64,000 nucleotides of DNA. Origin: an uncultured Bacteroidales bacterium. GTDB lineage: Bacteria; Bacteroidota; Bacteroidia; Bacteroidales; VadinHA17. Location: assembly GCA_963818295.1 (NCBI GenBank), contig CAWFRW010000006.1, positions 169,119 through 233,118 on the forward strand, written 5' to 3'. Under the pieces are notes generated by a model. The model was given only the letters and a program-made list of their open reading frames with translations. It ran no database searches and was not told the origin of the DNA. Made by a program: the position numbers and the translations under genes. Of this stretch, positions 10,647 to 21,909 are shown piece after piece. Every line of letters begins with the position of its first letter. Positions within the stretch are counted from its first letter, which is position 1.

Positions 10647-10991
10647 CTAAATAGCCGTTCCCCCTCTTTCCCCTGTTCTGATTCTTATACATTCTTCCAA
10701 TGGTGTAATGAATATTTTTCCGTCACCCACCGCACCTTCACCGTTAGTCCGGGCAGCTTTTAAAATTGTATTGACAGTAATGTCAACAAATTCATCATTC
10801 ACACCAATTTCAATTTTTATCTTTGGTATCAGATCGGGAACAATGATCTGTCCCCTGTACATCTCTTCGATTCTCTGCTGTCCGTGTCCGGATACCCGGC
10901 TGACAGTGATTCTTTTTATTTCGGCTTCGATAAGCGCCTCCCGGACCTTATCCAGCTTGACTTCTCTTATAATAGCTGTTATTAATTTCAT
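10647..10991 (-). CDS. glnK: P-II nitrogen regulator
   Basis: MKLITAIIR, EMYRG (T-loop Tyr), VGDGKIF, IRIRTGERG; directly downstream of amtB. Confidence 0.95.
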   Translation of the reverse strand: MKLITAIIREVKLDKVREALIEAEIKRITVSRVSGHGQQRIEEMYRGQIIVPDLIPKIKIEIGVNDEFVDITVNTILKAARTNGEGAVGDGKIFITPLEECIRIRTGERGGTAI

Positions 10992-11016
10992 TGCCTGAGT
11001 TTTACAAATTCAATAA

Positions 11017-12352
11017 TTAACTTGGATTTAACATTCCATATCCCCTTTCACCATGGTACGACCTGTCAAGTCCGGCCATTTCATCATTTTCTGATGCTTT
11101 AAACTTAACCACCTTGTCGAGAGCAAAGATTATTATGTAAGTCATTAAAGCTGCATATGCAATAGCTATTATTACTGCAAAAGCCTGTATCCCCAGCTGG
11201 TTCCAGACAGTCCATGATCCACCTGCAGCAGTAACAGCATCTGCCATCCATGAAGGACGGATAAAGAAGACGAGAAGAAGAGCTCCGGTTATTCCTCCTA
11301 CACCATGTATACCGAAAGCATCAAGACTGTCATCATAACCAAGTTTGTTCTTCGTCATTATAGCCATATAACATACACATGAAGCCACAACTCCGAGAAT
11401 CATTGCCCCGTAAGGCTGTACAACCCCGGCTGCAGGAGTGACGGCTACCAGACCTGCAAGAATACCGCTGGCAAATCCAAGGGCTGTAGCTTTTCCCTGA
11501 TGCATGCTTTCAATTATGACCCAGGCAAGAGCACCGGCTGCAGCAGCTACCTGTGTTGCAGCCAACGCCTGTGCGGTGCTCAATCCGCTCGAAATGCTGC
11601 TTCCTGCATTAAAACCAAACCATCCAACCCATAACAGGCCTGCACCAAGCATAGTTATAACAAGGTTATTCGGACGAATTACCTGGTAAGGATAACCCCT
11701 TCTTGCTCCCAGGTAAAGTGCAGCAACCAGTCCGCTTACACCTGCTGAAATATGAACTACTGTACCCCCTGCAAAATCGATTGCTCCCTTTGCTCCAAGC
11801 TTGAAAAGAAAACCATCAGATGCCCATACCCAGTGACATAACGGATTGTAAACCAAAAGACTCCATATCGCAATGAAAAAGCAATATGCTTTGAATGATA
11901 CTCTTTCAGCAAAAGCGCCGGCAATAAGTGCCGGAGTGATAATTGCAAACTTACCCTGAAACATTGAAAATACATATTCGGGAACACCGGCATCCATTAT
12001 GTTTGTGTCAATCCCCTTCAGAAAAAAATAGTCAGGATTCCATCCGAACCATCCACCAAGAATATTACCACCAAAACACATACTGTATCCCAGAATCACC
12101 CATAACACACTTATGATACCCATTGCAACAAAACTGTGCATAATCGTACCCAGAACGTTTTTTGAACGTACCAAGTCCGCCATAAAACATTGCAAGACCC
12201 GGGACCATTAAAAGTACCAATGCCGTTGATGTAAGCATCCAGGCCGTTGCCCCGGTATCAATAACTGTACCATCCGAAGCATATAATCCTGTTATGCCAG
12301 CAAAAGTCAGCATCAGCATTAACAGGGATCTTTTCCATCTTGATTTAACCAT
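11017..12352 (-). CDS. amtB: Ammonium transporter (one frameshift near 12175)
   Basis: TAWMLTSTALVLLMVPGLAMFYGG, DFAGGTVVH, LWVGWFGFNAGS, DDSLDAFGIHG. Confidence 0.95.
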
Positions 12353-12452
12353 AATAAAATTGTTTTTAATTATATGAAACATTTCGCCCTATTTCCATAA
12401 ACACCATTTAGAACACAATATCGGGTGATCCAAAATTTCAATTATTTCGCGA

Positions 12453-12583
12453 CAAATATATACTAATTTAGGGGGTACAACAAATTATTTTATATTTTTA
12501 TTATATTTTGTTAATATTTTATGGGGGTACTACACATTTTATATATCTTTTTAAATATTTTGTGTTCGTTTTTATAGGGTGTC
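12453..12583 (-). promoter_or_regulatory. amtB promoter with three phased ACCCC(C)-type boxes
   Basis: -7 TATATTTG (12460-12453) and -33 TTTG (12484-12481). GGGGGTAC at 12471 and 12523, degenerate AGGGTGTC at 12576. Confidence 0.6.
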
Positions 12584-12784
12584 TGCCTAATTTTTTGTTT
12601 TTTTACTATTTTGCTACTTAAAATACTCAAACACAGGTATTCACAATGTCAAACCCAAGGACTGACATCATAAATGATCTGATCTTAAAATTTTTATTAT
12701 TCAGGCAGAACACCACAAAGGCTTCAACACAGGGAGCCTGAGCTACAACGTGGCAAAAGATGAATAGCTATTCAGAAGTAATTG

Positions 12785-14323
12785 CTATTGTTTATCGTAA
12801 ACCAAAACAGATGCTTGTTTTCCTGAACCCATGAATCCATCTGAAGTCTGACTGACAACAAGCTTACTGCCTCTCTTTTTCATAGTCCAGACTTCAACAG
12901 ACCTGATTTCAACCGGCTTATTATCAAAATCAAAAGAAACCCATGAAAGAATAGTAAGGGTATCTCTACCAGTCGACCAGTTAGCATTCTGGACCCTGTT
13001 GGAATTCATAAAACTCTTTGATTTAATGTCACTGCCATCAAGTATAAGTTTCTGAACAGATACCTCATCATCCGACCACTCGGAAATTGAATATGATTTT
13101 ATATCCAATTGGTTATTATTGTGGTTAATTACAAGTTTATAGGGAGCATTTAACACCCCCATGCCCTGGGGAAGAATGCTTTCACATTCATTTAGCTTCC
13201 ACTCTCCGGTAAATTCAACCTCTCTGTTTATAACCAATGGCTCAAGCCCGATGCTCTTCCTGTACTCACTGATGCCTTTAACATAGCTCTGATCCTCCAT
13301 GAATACTATTCTTCTATCGTTTGTCAGCTTCTCATAATCGCTAAGGGAGGTTCCCCTTACACCACCTGCCCAGATAACCCAGTATATCCAATCAGGCTGT
13401 TTGTCAATCACCTCAAGGGCAGGAGGATTTCCCACCTCTGCCAGAGTCACCGGCTTTCCTTCCGAGAGCGTCTTTAATCCATCATAATATGCCTGATTGA
13501 AATCATTGCCATATATATCAATAGCCAGAATATCAAGATATTTTGTACCGGGATAATAGTTTTTAAACTCCCTTCCTGGTTTGCTTGGACGGTCCACACT
13601 CCAGATCCAGATGAGATTTTTAAGCTTGTGAAAATTTACAAACCTGTCAAAAATCTGTTTGTATAATGCAGCAGTTGTGTATTTGCCTTCAAAGCGGCCG
13701 CCCCACCAGAACCAGTCGCCATTCATCTCATGATATGGCCTCCATAGCACAGGCACTCCGGCAGCCTGAAGCTGCTTAAGGTAACCAGCTATAACATCGA
13801 CCTGCTTTATCCATTGTTTATTCAATTTTGTACCCGGCGTAAGTACATCCCTGAATTGTTTGTCTGTAAGCCTTCCCTGTATGCTTGCCAGAGGAGCTGA
13901 CGAATCAACCCCGGGCAGAGGCTGGAATGTAACTGGTTCCTCTGCGGTTGGAGGGACCGAATGCCAGCAAAGATTTACAATTGCCCCTTTTTTGTGTTGT
14001 CTGATCGCCTCCTCAATAATTGCCGGCCTGGACAGGTATGAATCCTTATCGCCCTCAGCTGAAAATCCAAAATCCTGGCTCCAGACAACAGGGGTTTTAC
14101 CCACATAATTTGCAAAAAACTGAGTGTTCCGATCGCCAGAAGCCGGAAAGTTATGCTGACCCGACAATGTATACTTTCCGCTAAGACTCTGCATATACTT
14201 CAGTAAGGCTTTTGCCTCAGGCGAAGCATCTGGAGTTACAGGCTCCTGGGCCAGAGTATTTAGCCCAATAATTATTGTTATTGCTATCAGACCAGCTCTG
14301 ACAGATACAAATCCGAACTTCAT
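12785..14323 (-). CDS. GH26 beta-mannanase with C-terminal beta domain
   Basis: LSGQH, WRPYHEMNGDWFWWG, LAEVG; signal peptide. Confidence 0.9.
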   Translation of the reverse strand: MKFGFVSVRAGLIAITIIIGLNTLAQEPVTPDASPEAKALLKYMQSLSGKYTLSGQHNFPASGDRNTQFFANYVGKTPVVWSQDFGFSAEGDKDSYLSRPAIIEEAIRQHKKGAIVNLCWHSVPPTAEEPVTFQPLPGVDSSAPLASIQGRLTDKQFRDVLTPGTKLNKQWIKQVDVIAGYLKQLQAAGVPVLWRPYHEMNGDWFWWGGRFEGKYTTAALYKQIFDRFVNFHKLKNLIWIWSVDRPSKPGREFKNYYPGTKYLDILAIDIYGNDFNQAYYDGLKTLSEGKPVTLAEVGNPPALEVIDKQPDWIYWVIWAGGVRGTSLSDYEKLTNDRRIVFMEDQSYVKGISEYRKSIGLEPLVINREVEFTGEWKLNECESILPQGMGVLNAPYKLVINHNNNQLDIKSYSISEWSDDEVSVQKLILDGSDIKSKSFMNSNRVQNANWSTGRDTLTILSWVSFDFDNKPVEIRSVEVWTMKKRGSKLVVSQTSDGFMGSGKQASVLVYDKQ

Positions 14324-14341
14324 AAATATTTATATTAAAGT

Positions 14342-15411
14342 TTATTTAACTTTTTGAAAATCAAGTTCTCCATGCAACGCTTTCTTAAAGAAACTTCCTC
14401 CGTCGGTAAGGTCATAATTCCATGACTTCAGGAGCCTTGGTCCCCATTCAGGATCATATACCCAGCACACCCAGCTTATTTTTTTACCTTCCAGATATTT
14501 AACAATACTGTTGCCGTAGCTGTTCTCACCGACCTGAGACGGGGTTCCTTCGAGCCCGAATTCTGTTGCTACAACCGGGTAATTTTCAGCCGCAAATCCG
14601 AAATTCTCTTCCCATTTTGGTTCCCAGGGCTGAGTGCGCTTATGTGCGTATGGATGAGTCACATAACCTATGCCTTCAGCGTTGATTGGATCGTCATGCA
14701 GGGGTGAAAGATCATAGGCCCAGTCTAAGACCTGCAACCAAGCGGAATTGTCTCATCATCATACGACCTGATCAGATTAATAATGTTTTCATTGATCTTT
14801 TTCCATTCAGACCATGGCAATGAACCCAGCTGTCCCCTGAAAATGGTAGGTTCGTTAAACAGCTCATAAAAAGCAACTGTGTTATTACCACTGAAGTGCT
14901 GGGCTATTGTTCTCCAGAACTGGTAGGTTTCTTCTTTGGAGGTATTATACATGGGATCCTGAAAAAGTTCCATCCCAAGGTTCCCGATTGAATGCCAGTC
15001 GATCATTACATACACTTGCAGGTCAGTACACCATTCCACAGCCTGATCGAGAAGCTCAAGATACTTTTCTGGTGTCCGCTCTCTCCAGGCCACAGGATGG
15101 ACAGGAATCCGTACGATCATGGGACCCATCTCCTTCACTCTCTCAAAATGCGCCTTATTCCAGTGTCCCTGTCTTTCAATCTTGTCAGGATCTGAAATGG
15201 CAACGCCCCTGAAAAGGATTGTATCACCCTTTGCATTTACGAACCTGTTCCTGTCAACCCTGATCAACGGAAGTATTTTTGCTTTAGGATTGGGTTTTGG
15301 AATACTCCATGGCCTGTCCTGATACCATGGCCTGGCTTGTTGTGATAAAAGATCAGTAGGACAAAAAGTTACTGTCAGGAAGAAAAGAGTAATTACAATT
15401 GGCGTTTTCAT
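14342..15411 (-). CDS. GH5 glycoside hydrolase (frameshifted near 14730)
   Basis: IVRIPVHP, MIDWH, YELFNEP (acid/base), HPY, ATEFG (nucleophile). Confidence 0.9.
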
Positions 15412-15497
15412 AGACAAATAGAGTTGAGGTTTTTCTAAGTCAATTTTGGAGGATAATTCTACTTACTACAAAATTGTACATTTTTTTCGACAAAAAA

Positions 15498-15649
15498 GAA
15501 GCTGTTTTAAAGTCAAAATTCATTAACCGCAAAGTTCGCAAAGAATTTACGTAAAGTTCGCAAAGAATTAAATATCAATTTTTTATCTTCGCGTACTTAG
15601 TGAAAACTTTGCGTGCTTTGAGGTTAAAAATGACTTTTAAGACAGCCTT
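15498..15649. repeat. Palindromic MITE-like element, CGCAAAG type
   Basis: Ends GCTGTTTTAAAGTCA/TGACTTTTAAGACAGC. Inner TTAACCGCAAAG plus repeated CGCAAAG, mirrored by CTTTGCG...CTTTGAGGTTAA. Confidence 0.8.
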
Positions 15650-15702
15650 ATCATTGACAGTTAAGTTGAGTAAAAGTTAACTTTAACTGAGTTTTCAATT
15701 CC

Positions 15703-16636
15703 TTATACAGAAGCTTTAATAATCTTCAGATTTGCTTCAAGTCCATCAAGGTAAATAAGCACCCATGCAGGAAAGTCATTGAAGACCTGATTATACCAAT
15801 CAGAGCTCTCAGGGGGTGATATTTTAAAATTCAAGATCCCCTGTCCATTTTTTGCGAATGACTCATATCCGGGGGTAATTGCCATCAATCTGATCAGCTC
15901 TTCAATCTCAATCTGCAGCTTCATTGAAGATTGTTTATCCATATCCGTGAAACCTGTTGCAACCGCTCCCCTGAAATCAGGCCTTACAAGGTTTCCGGGA
16001 TCATCATTCCACTGGTCCCTGGTTTTACCATCCAGCTGCAGAACCCTGTCCTTGACATAGAATTGACTGTATTTAATATTTCGTCAATTTTGATATTAAC
16101 AACTGATTTCGTATCGCCTCCCTGAAGGAGTGAAAGTCCCTTCTGCTGATTAATATAGTTTCGCGACAACTGATAACTGTCGGAAATCCTTTCACTTGTT
16201 ACATTGAGTGCGAGTAATCCCGAGAAAACGGAATTGAGTGCCAGCAGAAGCAGGACAAAGACTGTATTATATATATTGAAGTTTTTGTCTTTTGAAGTCA
16301 CTACTAATAAAAACAGGAAGGAAGACAACATAAGGAAAGGGTATGGCTATTGTCAGCAAGGTGCCTGCATGTGGCCAGTGCATTAATTTAAAAAGCATAG
16401 CTGTGAAGACAACAAAACAAGTAATATAAGTCACAATGTAGAGCAGGAGTTTTTTCCTGTTCTCAGAAGCCCTGTAATGATTTTCAAGGGCAAGAGGAAG
16501 GAATAGAAGTACCAGGGAAGATATTCCGGCGATAATTAATATCCCTGCACCCGGGTAATGATTAATTTTAAATATTGTGCCCGTAAATACTAATCATCGC
16601 CGTTATCACACCGAGTATATAAATCTTTTGTTTCAT
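15703..16636 (-). CDS. Membrane protein: 2 GldL-like TM hairpins fused to a GldM-like TM and periplasmic helical domain (frameshifted)
   Basis: Reconstructed MKQKIYILGVITAM..FTGTIFKINHYPGAG..., TAMLFKLMHWPHAG..., SGLLALNVTSE..., WYNQVFNDFPAWVLIYLDGLEANLK. Confidence 0.7.
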
Positions 16637-16659
16637 GATCCGATGTATTTTTATGATTT

Positions 16660-18102
16660 TTACTGTTTTGCAATATATGTCAGCATAGAGGATTCAACTG
16701 CCAGAAGATTATTTTTCAGAATTTCAATGGAATGGAGAGCTGACAAAAGAGTAAAATCATCATGCCCCGGCATATTACCCGGCAAATAGACACGAAGGAT
16801 CCAATAATCCTGTAAATTTTTTTTGACTCTATAGCGGGAGTCAGGTTTGTTACATAATTCATGTATTCTCCAAGGACATTATTCATTTCCTGACGAACCT
16901 GGCATCCTGGCATAAGAAGATCCCGGGATGGAACCTGATTAAAAGGATTTAAAAGATGTGAATATCGAATTGATGTTCCGTTTTCAGTGCTGTCCGATTG
17001 ATTCTGATCTGATTGGGGGATTTCCATGCCGTTGCTTCCGACGCCTCAACAATTTTTTTCTCGGCATTTCCAAGTACGATGAGAGCATCAAGAGTTTTTT
17101 TGTGAAGCAAATCCATCTTACTGTAACAAAGGGAATCGTGATATTGATTCAGAAATGACTTATTCATACCTGATCTGACCTCAAATAATCTCTGTTCCTG
17201 TTCAAGATGAGGGTAATAACCGTTATTATACATATTCCTGAGATTCAGATTAATCAGTGCTCCGGGTACAACAATCAGCAGAGAACCGATTATTATAAAG
17301 ATAAATGAAGCGCTTATGTCTCTTTCATCTTTCCAGGTCATCCAGGTATACCAGGGCAGCACAACAATAAATAAAATTATTACAGCCAGAACCATAAACA
17401 ATGATGCCATATGGCCAGTGCTGGATCTTAAAGAGCGTACCGGCAACATACAGTATACATCCGGCTGCCCCGAATAGGTAAATCGGTTTTTTAGTTCTTG
17501 TTTCCCGGATCTGCAAGTTTTGTTAAAACCAGTGACGGTATGAAAAAGAAAACAGCGAAGAGTACCGATAAGCTTAAAATGATTCCTGCTGACAGGCCAG
17601 TGCTGAATTTTGAACAGGGTACCAAAAATAAATAACATCCCTGTGACAAATCCGGAGATAAACAGAAACAATCTTTTCCTGTTATGGGTCTCTTTCCAGA
17701 GAACCACCAGGGCAGAAGGCATGAAGATAAATGCCAGTATGAATGCTCCGAGAACCATCATATACACCTGCAAGCGGCCAGTGCTGGATCTTGAATAGTG
17801 TTGCAAAGCCGAACATTATTGTTCCGGCAATGCCTGAAATTTTCATTGTGTTTTTCATTTTCCTGTATTTTGAATCAACTGCATAAAGTGTCTCTTCCTG
17901 TATCTCCTTAATTCTTCTCGGGTCCCATTCTTTGTTTCACCCTTTTATACGCATCTTTAAAACCCAGACCATTGTTCATTTCATTCTCCACATCGCAGCA
18001 TATATGATCAATAAGTTCGTCAGCCAGATGGGAGAATGTGATCTCCTGCCGCCTGATATCGAGACTTATATCTTCTATATTCTGAAAGCTGAGTTCAGGC
18101 AT
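16660..18102 (-). CDS. Membrane protein: N-terminal helical (HAAS/permease-prefix-like) domain, 3 GldL-like hairpins, GldM-like C-terminal part (frameshifted)
   Basis: DELIDHICCDVENEM..G..F.DAY; three TLFKIQHWP motifs about 181 bp apart; TM ending GALINLNL; C-terminus LLSALHSIEILKNNLLAVESSMLTYIAKQ. Confidence 0.72.
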
Positions 18103-18439
18103 GGCTCAATCCGGGTTTGGGGTTAATAATACTCTGAAGTGATTCGATGAATTCAGTCATTTCCTTTATTCTTTCGATTACGACCTTATGGCCTTTTGGT
18201 GTGAGAGCGTAATAAATTCTTGTTCTGTTATTTCGGATTTCAGTAGCAGTTACAAGGGCACCTTCTTTTTTCAGTTTATGTAAAATTGGATAGAGGGCTC
18301 CGTATGTAAGTTTTATTTTTCCCTGAGTCAGTTCCTCCACTTTTTGGGTTATTGCATAGCCGTGCATTGGTCCTTCTTCTTTCAGCAGTTTCAGGACTAT
18401 TGTTTTCAGGGAGCCTTTGATAATTTCGTTTGCTATCAT
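18095..18439 (-). CDS. PadR family transcriptional regulator
   Basis: PMHGYAITQKV, GALYPILHKL, RTRIYYALTPKG; overlaps the start of the next gene. Confidence 0.93.
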   Translation of the reverse strand: MIANEIIKGSLKTIVLKLLKEEGPMHGYAITQKVEELTQGKIKLTYGALYPILHKLKKEGALVTATEIRNNRTRIYYALTPKGHKVVIERIKEMTEFIESLQSIINPKPGLSHA

Positions 18440-18533
18440 ATTGTTTTGATTTAAGTATTTGTTACGGGTTATCTATTACTCAGTTATCTGATTATCAAAA
18501 TGAGCAGCTATGCTTTATATATATTCCTATCAT

Positions 18534-18609
18534 TATATAGTTTTCCTTGTATATATAAGCATCTATATTTATATTGTAATATATAAGCTTCTTATATATT
18601 GCAAATATA
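18534..18609 (-). promoter_or_regulatory. padR promoter with palindromic operators
   Basis: Perfect AATATATAAG-CTT-CTTATATATT (18578-18600) next to -7 TATATTTG, with two degenerate copies at 18534-18572. Confidence 0.7.
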
Positions 18610-18854
18610 AAATATAAAATTTTTAAAAATATTTTTCGGAATTTTATGCTCCGGGAAAAATTGAAGCCGCCCTGAAACCAAATACAAAACTCGTTATAAA
18701 TGAACTTAACATATTTGAATCATCAGAATTATATTGTACTCTTTTATAGTATTTTACCAACATTATCAGAACCCAATCTGTTATCAGTATGAATTATTAC
18801 CCCTGAAAACAGATTATAAATAAAATGCAACATCATAAAACAAGTCAATACCGA

Positions 18855-21091
18855 ATGTCAGTAAAAGTCCCAATATTAAAAACTTATCCCGTAACCGGCC
18901 TGCATTGTGCATCATGCGCATCAAGAACGGAATCACTTGTAAAATACATTGCCGGGAATTAAAAGTGCCTCAGTAAATTTCGCCGATACCTCAATCAGAG
19001 TTGAATTTTCACCCTGAAGTGATTTCTCCCTCTGAAATGAAAAAAGCTGTACAGTCAATCGGTTATGATATCCTGATTGATGAGGCAACCAGCCAGGAAC
19101 TGAAAGAAGAAGCCCGGAACACTTATTACAGGAAGCTAAGAATAAATACAATCGGAGCAGCCATTTTAAGCCTTCCACTGCTGATAATTGCAATGGTCTT
19201 CATGAATATCCCCTATGCAAACTATATCATGATGGCGCTTGCAACTCCTGTTGTATTCTGGTTCGGCCGTCAATTCCCGTCCGGCGCCTGGAAACAGCTG
19301 AAACACCGTACTGCCAACATGGATACACTCGTTGCTCTGAGTACAGGTATAGCATACATCTTCAGTGCGTCAGTCACATTTTTCCCGGATTTTTTCCATA
19401 AAGCAGGGATTCACGGACATGTATATTTTGAAGCATCAGCAGTAATAATTACATTTATCCTGCTTGGTAAACTCCTCGAGGAAAGAGCAAAATCAAATAC
19501 ATCTTCAGCTCTTAAAAAACTGATCGGACTTCAGGCTAAAACAGTCATAAAGATTACCGCAGACGGACAACAAGAAGAGTTTCCAATAAGCAATGTAATG
19601 CCTGGAGATATTCTCCTTGTTAAACCCGGAACAAAGATCCCGGTTGATGGAACAATAATTTCAGGCAGCTCCTTTGTCGATGAAAGCATGATAAGCGGCG
19701 AACCAATTGCCAGCTGAGAAAACAGTCAGTTCAAAGGTATATGCGGGAACAATTAATCAGAAAGGGAGCTTTCAGTTCCGTGCAGATAAAGTCGGCGGGG
19801 ATACCGTTCTGGCACAGATTATTAAAATGGTAAGGGAAGCCCAGGGCAGCAAGGCTCCGATCCAGCATCTTGTCGATAAGGTGGCAGGAATATTCGTGCC
19901 TGTGGTAATCTCAATCGCTTTAATAAGCGGAGTGATCTGGTTCTTTTCAGGAGCAGAAAATGCCTTTACCCACAGTCTTCTCGCAATTGTTACAGTTCTC
20001 ATAATTGCATGCCCATGTGCACTTGGACTGGCAACTCCTACTGCAATTATGGTAGCTATCGGAAAAGGAGCCGACAACGGGATTCTGATCAAGGATGCCG
20101 AAAGCCTCGAAATTGCTCACAGAGTCAATACTGTTGTTCTCGATAAAACCGGTACAATAACAATGGGTGAACCTGATGTGGAATCAATAGAATGGAAAAA
20201 GGATGCTGATGTGACATCCCTTGGGAAAATCCTGCTCGGAATACAGAAAAACAGCGAACATCCGCTCGCAGAACCGGTTGTCCGTTACCTGCTAAGACTC
20301 AGGTATAAAAAGCGATCTGGCTGTATCTGATGTTGAAAGTATTACAGGAAAAGGAATCAGGGCTGTCCTGGAGAATTCAATCATTCTATGTCGGGAACAG
20401 AAAATTGATCGAGGAGAACAATATTCAATATCGATAATGAGCTGCTGACTTTTGCACGAATTATGGCAGAACGAGGCAAAAACAGTCTTCTTCTTTGCAG
20501 ATTCATCCAAATGCCCTCTCAGTTATTGCTGTTTCAGACAAAATCAAGGAATCATCAGTCAATGCAATCAGACAACTCCATGAAATGGGAATTAAAGTAC
20601 ATATGCTGACAGGAGATAATGAACAGGCAGCCATGAGGATCGCATCCGAAGCCGGTATCGACAGCTATAAGTCTGAAGTGCTGCCGCAGGCAAAATATGA
20701 TTTTATAAAAGCGCTTCAAAGCGAGGGAAAAATTGTCGCAATGGTTGGAGATGGCATTAATGACTCGCAGGCCCTTGCACAGGCTGATGTCAGCATCGCT
20801 ATGGGCAAAGGCTCTGACATTGCAATGGATGTTGCCAAAATGACAATCATTTCCTCCGACCTCTCAAAAATTCCCAAGGCCATTATGCTTTCAAAACAAA
20901 CTACCTAAAACAATAAAACAGAATCTCTTCTGGGCATTTGTTTATAATGTTATCGGAATTCCTGTTGCCGCAGGGGCCCTCTACCCCCTTTTGGCTTTCT
21001 TTTGAATCCGATGATCGCCGGAGCTGCAATGGCTTTGAGTTCCGTAAGCGTTGTAAGTAACAGCCTGAGACTGAGAATGAAGAAGATCTGA
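18855..21091 (+). CDS. copA: Cu(I)-exporting P1B-type ATPase (several frameshifts)
   Basis: [44 protein letters not shown] and MALSS motifs. Confidence 0.9.
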
Positions 21092-21173
21092 TATCCTCGG
21101 GTAACTAAAAAATTCACCTTTTTCAAAAAAAATCATGAAAATTATTTTGTGAATAAGAAATTTTTATTATAAT

Positions 21174-21230
21174 TTTGACCATTCGGTTAAATCTAATAGT
21201 TAATCTATATAGTTAAACCATAAAGTTACC
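21174..21230 (+). promoter_or_regulatory. Putative TetR operator array
   Basis: Imperfect palindrome TTTGACC-N4-GGTTAAA followed by GTTAA units every 13-14 bp, directly before tetR. Confidence 0.55.
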
Positions 21231-21233
21231 GAT

Positions 21234-21847
21234 ATGACAGAAAATGATAAGCTGACCGAGGAGAAAATATTCGAAGCAGCAACAGAGGTATTCGTCGAAA
21301 AGGGAATGGATGGAGCCAGAATGCAGGATATCGCAAACCATGCAGGCATTAACAAGGCCTTGCTGCATTATTATTACAGAACAAAAGAGAAGCTGTTTTC
21401 AGCAGTATTTGAAATGATCGCCAGGAAAATGTTTAATAAAATTCGCCCCTGTCTTCGATGAGAACCTGAGCCTCGAGGATAAAATCAGGTTCTTCTTTAA
21501 AGAACATATCTCTTTCCTGCAGGAAAACCCGCGATTGCCAGGCTTCCTCCTGAACGAGGTCAACAGACATCCCGACAGGATCAAAAAGATCCTTGCAAAT
21601 ATCGATTTCGACACCCTGTGGTTAAAACTGTACGAACAACATAAAGAAGAATTCAAAAAATATAATATAACACAGGCTTCATTGCCTCAGCTGATGATAT
21701 CAATGGCCGGAATAAGCGTATTTCCCTTTCGCTGCAAAAGGTATACTTGAAGGAATTCTCGAAAAAGTCAATGTCAGCTTTAATGACTTCATAGAGGAGA
21801 GAAAAGAGTTTGCTGCTGACTTTGTAATAAAGGCAATTACCAGATAG
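21234..21847 (+). CDS. TetR/AcrR family regulator (frameshifted)
   Basis: EEKIFEAATEVFVEKGMDGARMQDIANHAGINKALLHYYYRTKEKLF. Confidence 0.9.
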
Positions 21848-21909
21848 AACCTGAAGTACAACAGATGCCATAGATGCCTTGAGTATAGAAATTTATAATA
21901 ATTAGATAG

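Noticed and set aside
15703-18102. Canonical gldL/gldM (T9SS motor) genes
   Set aside because: No gldK/gldN neighbours, no GldL cytoplasmic coiled coil, no GldM Ig-like domains and no catalytic Glu.
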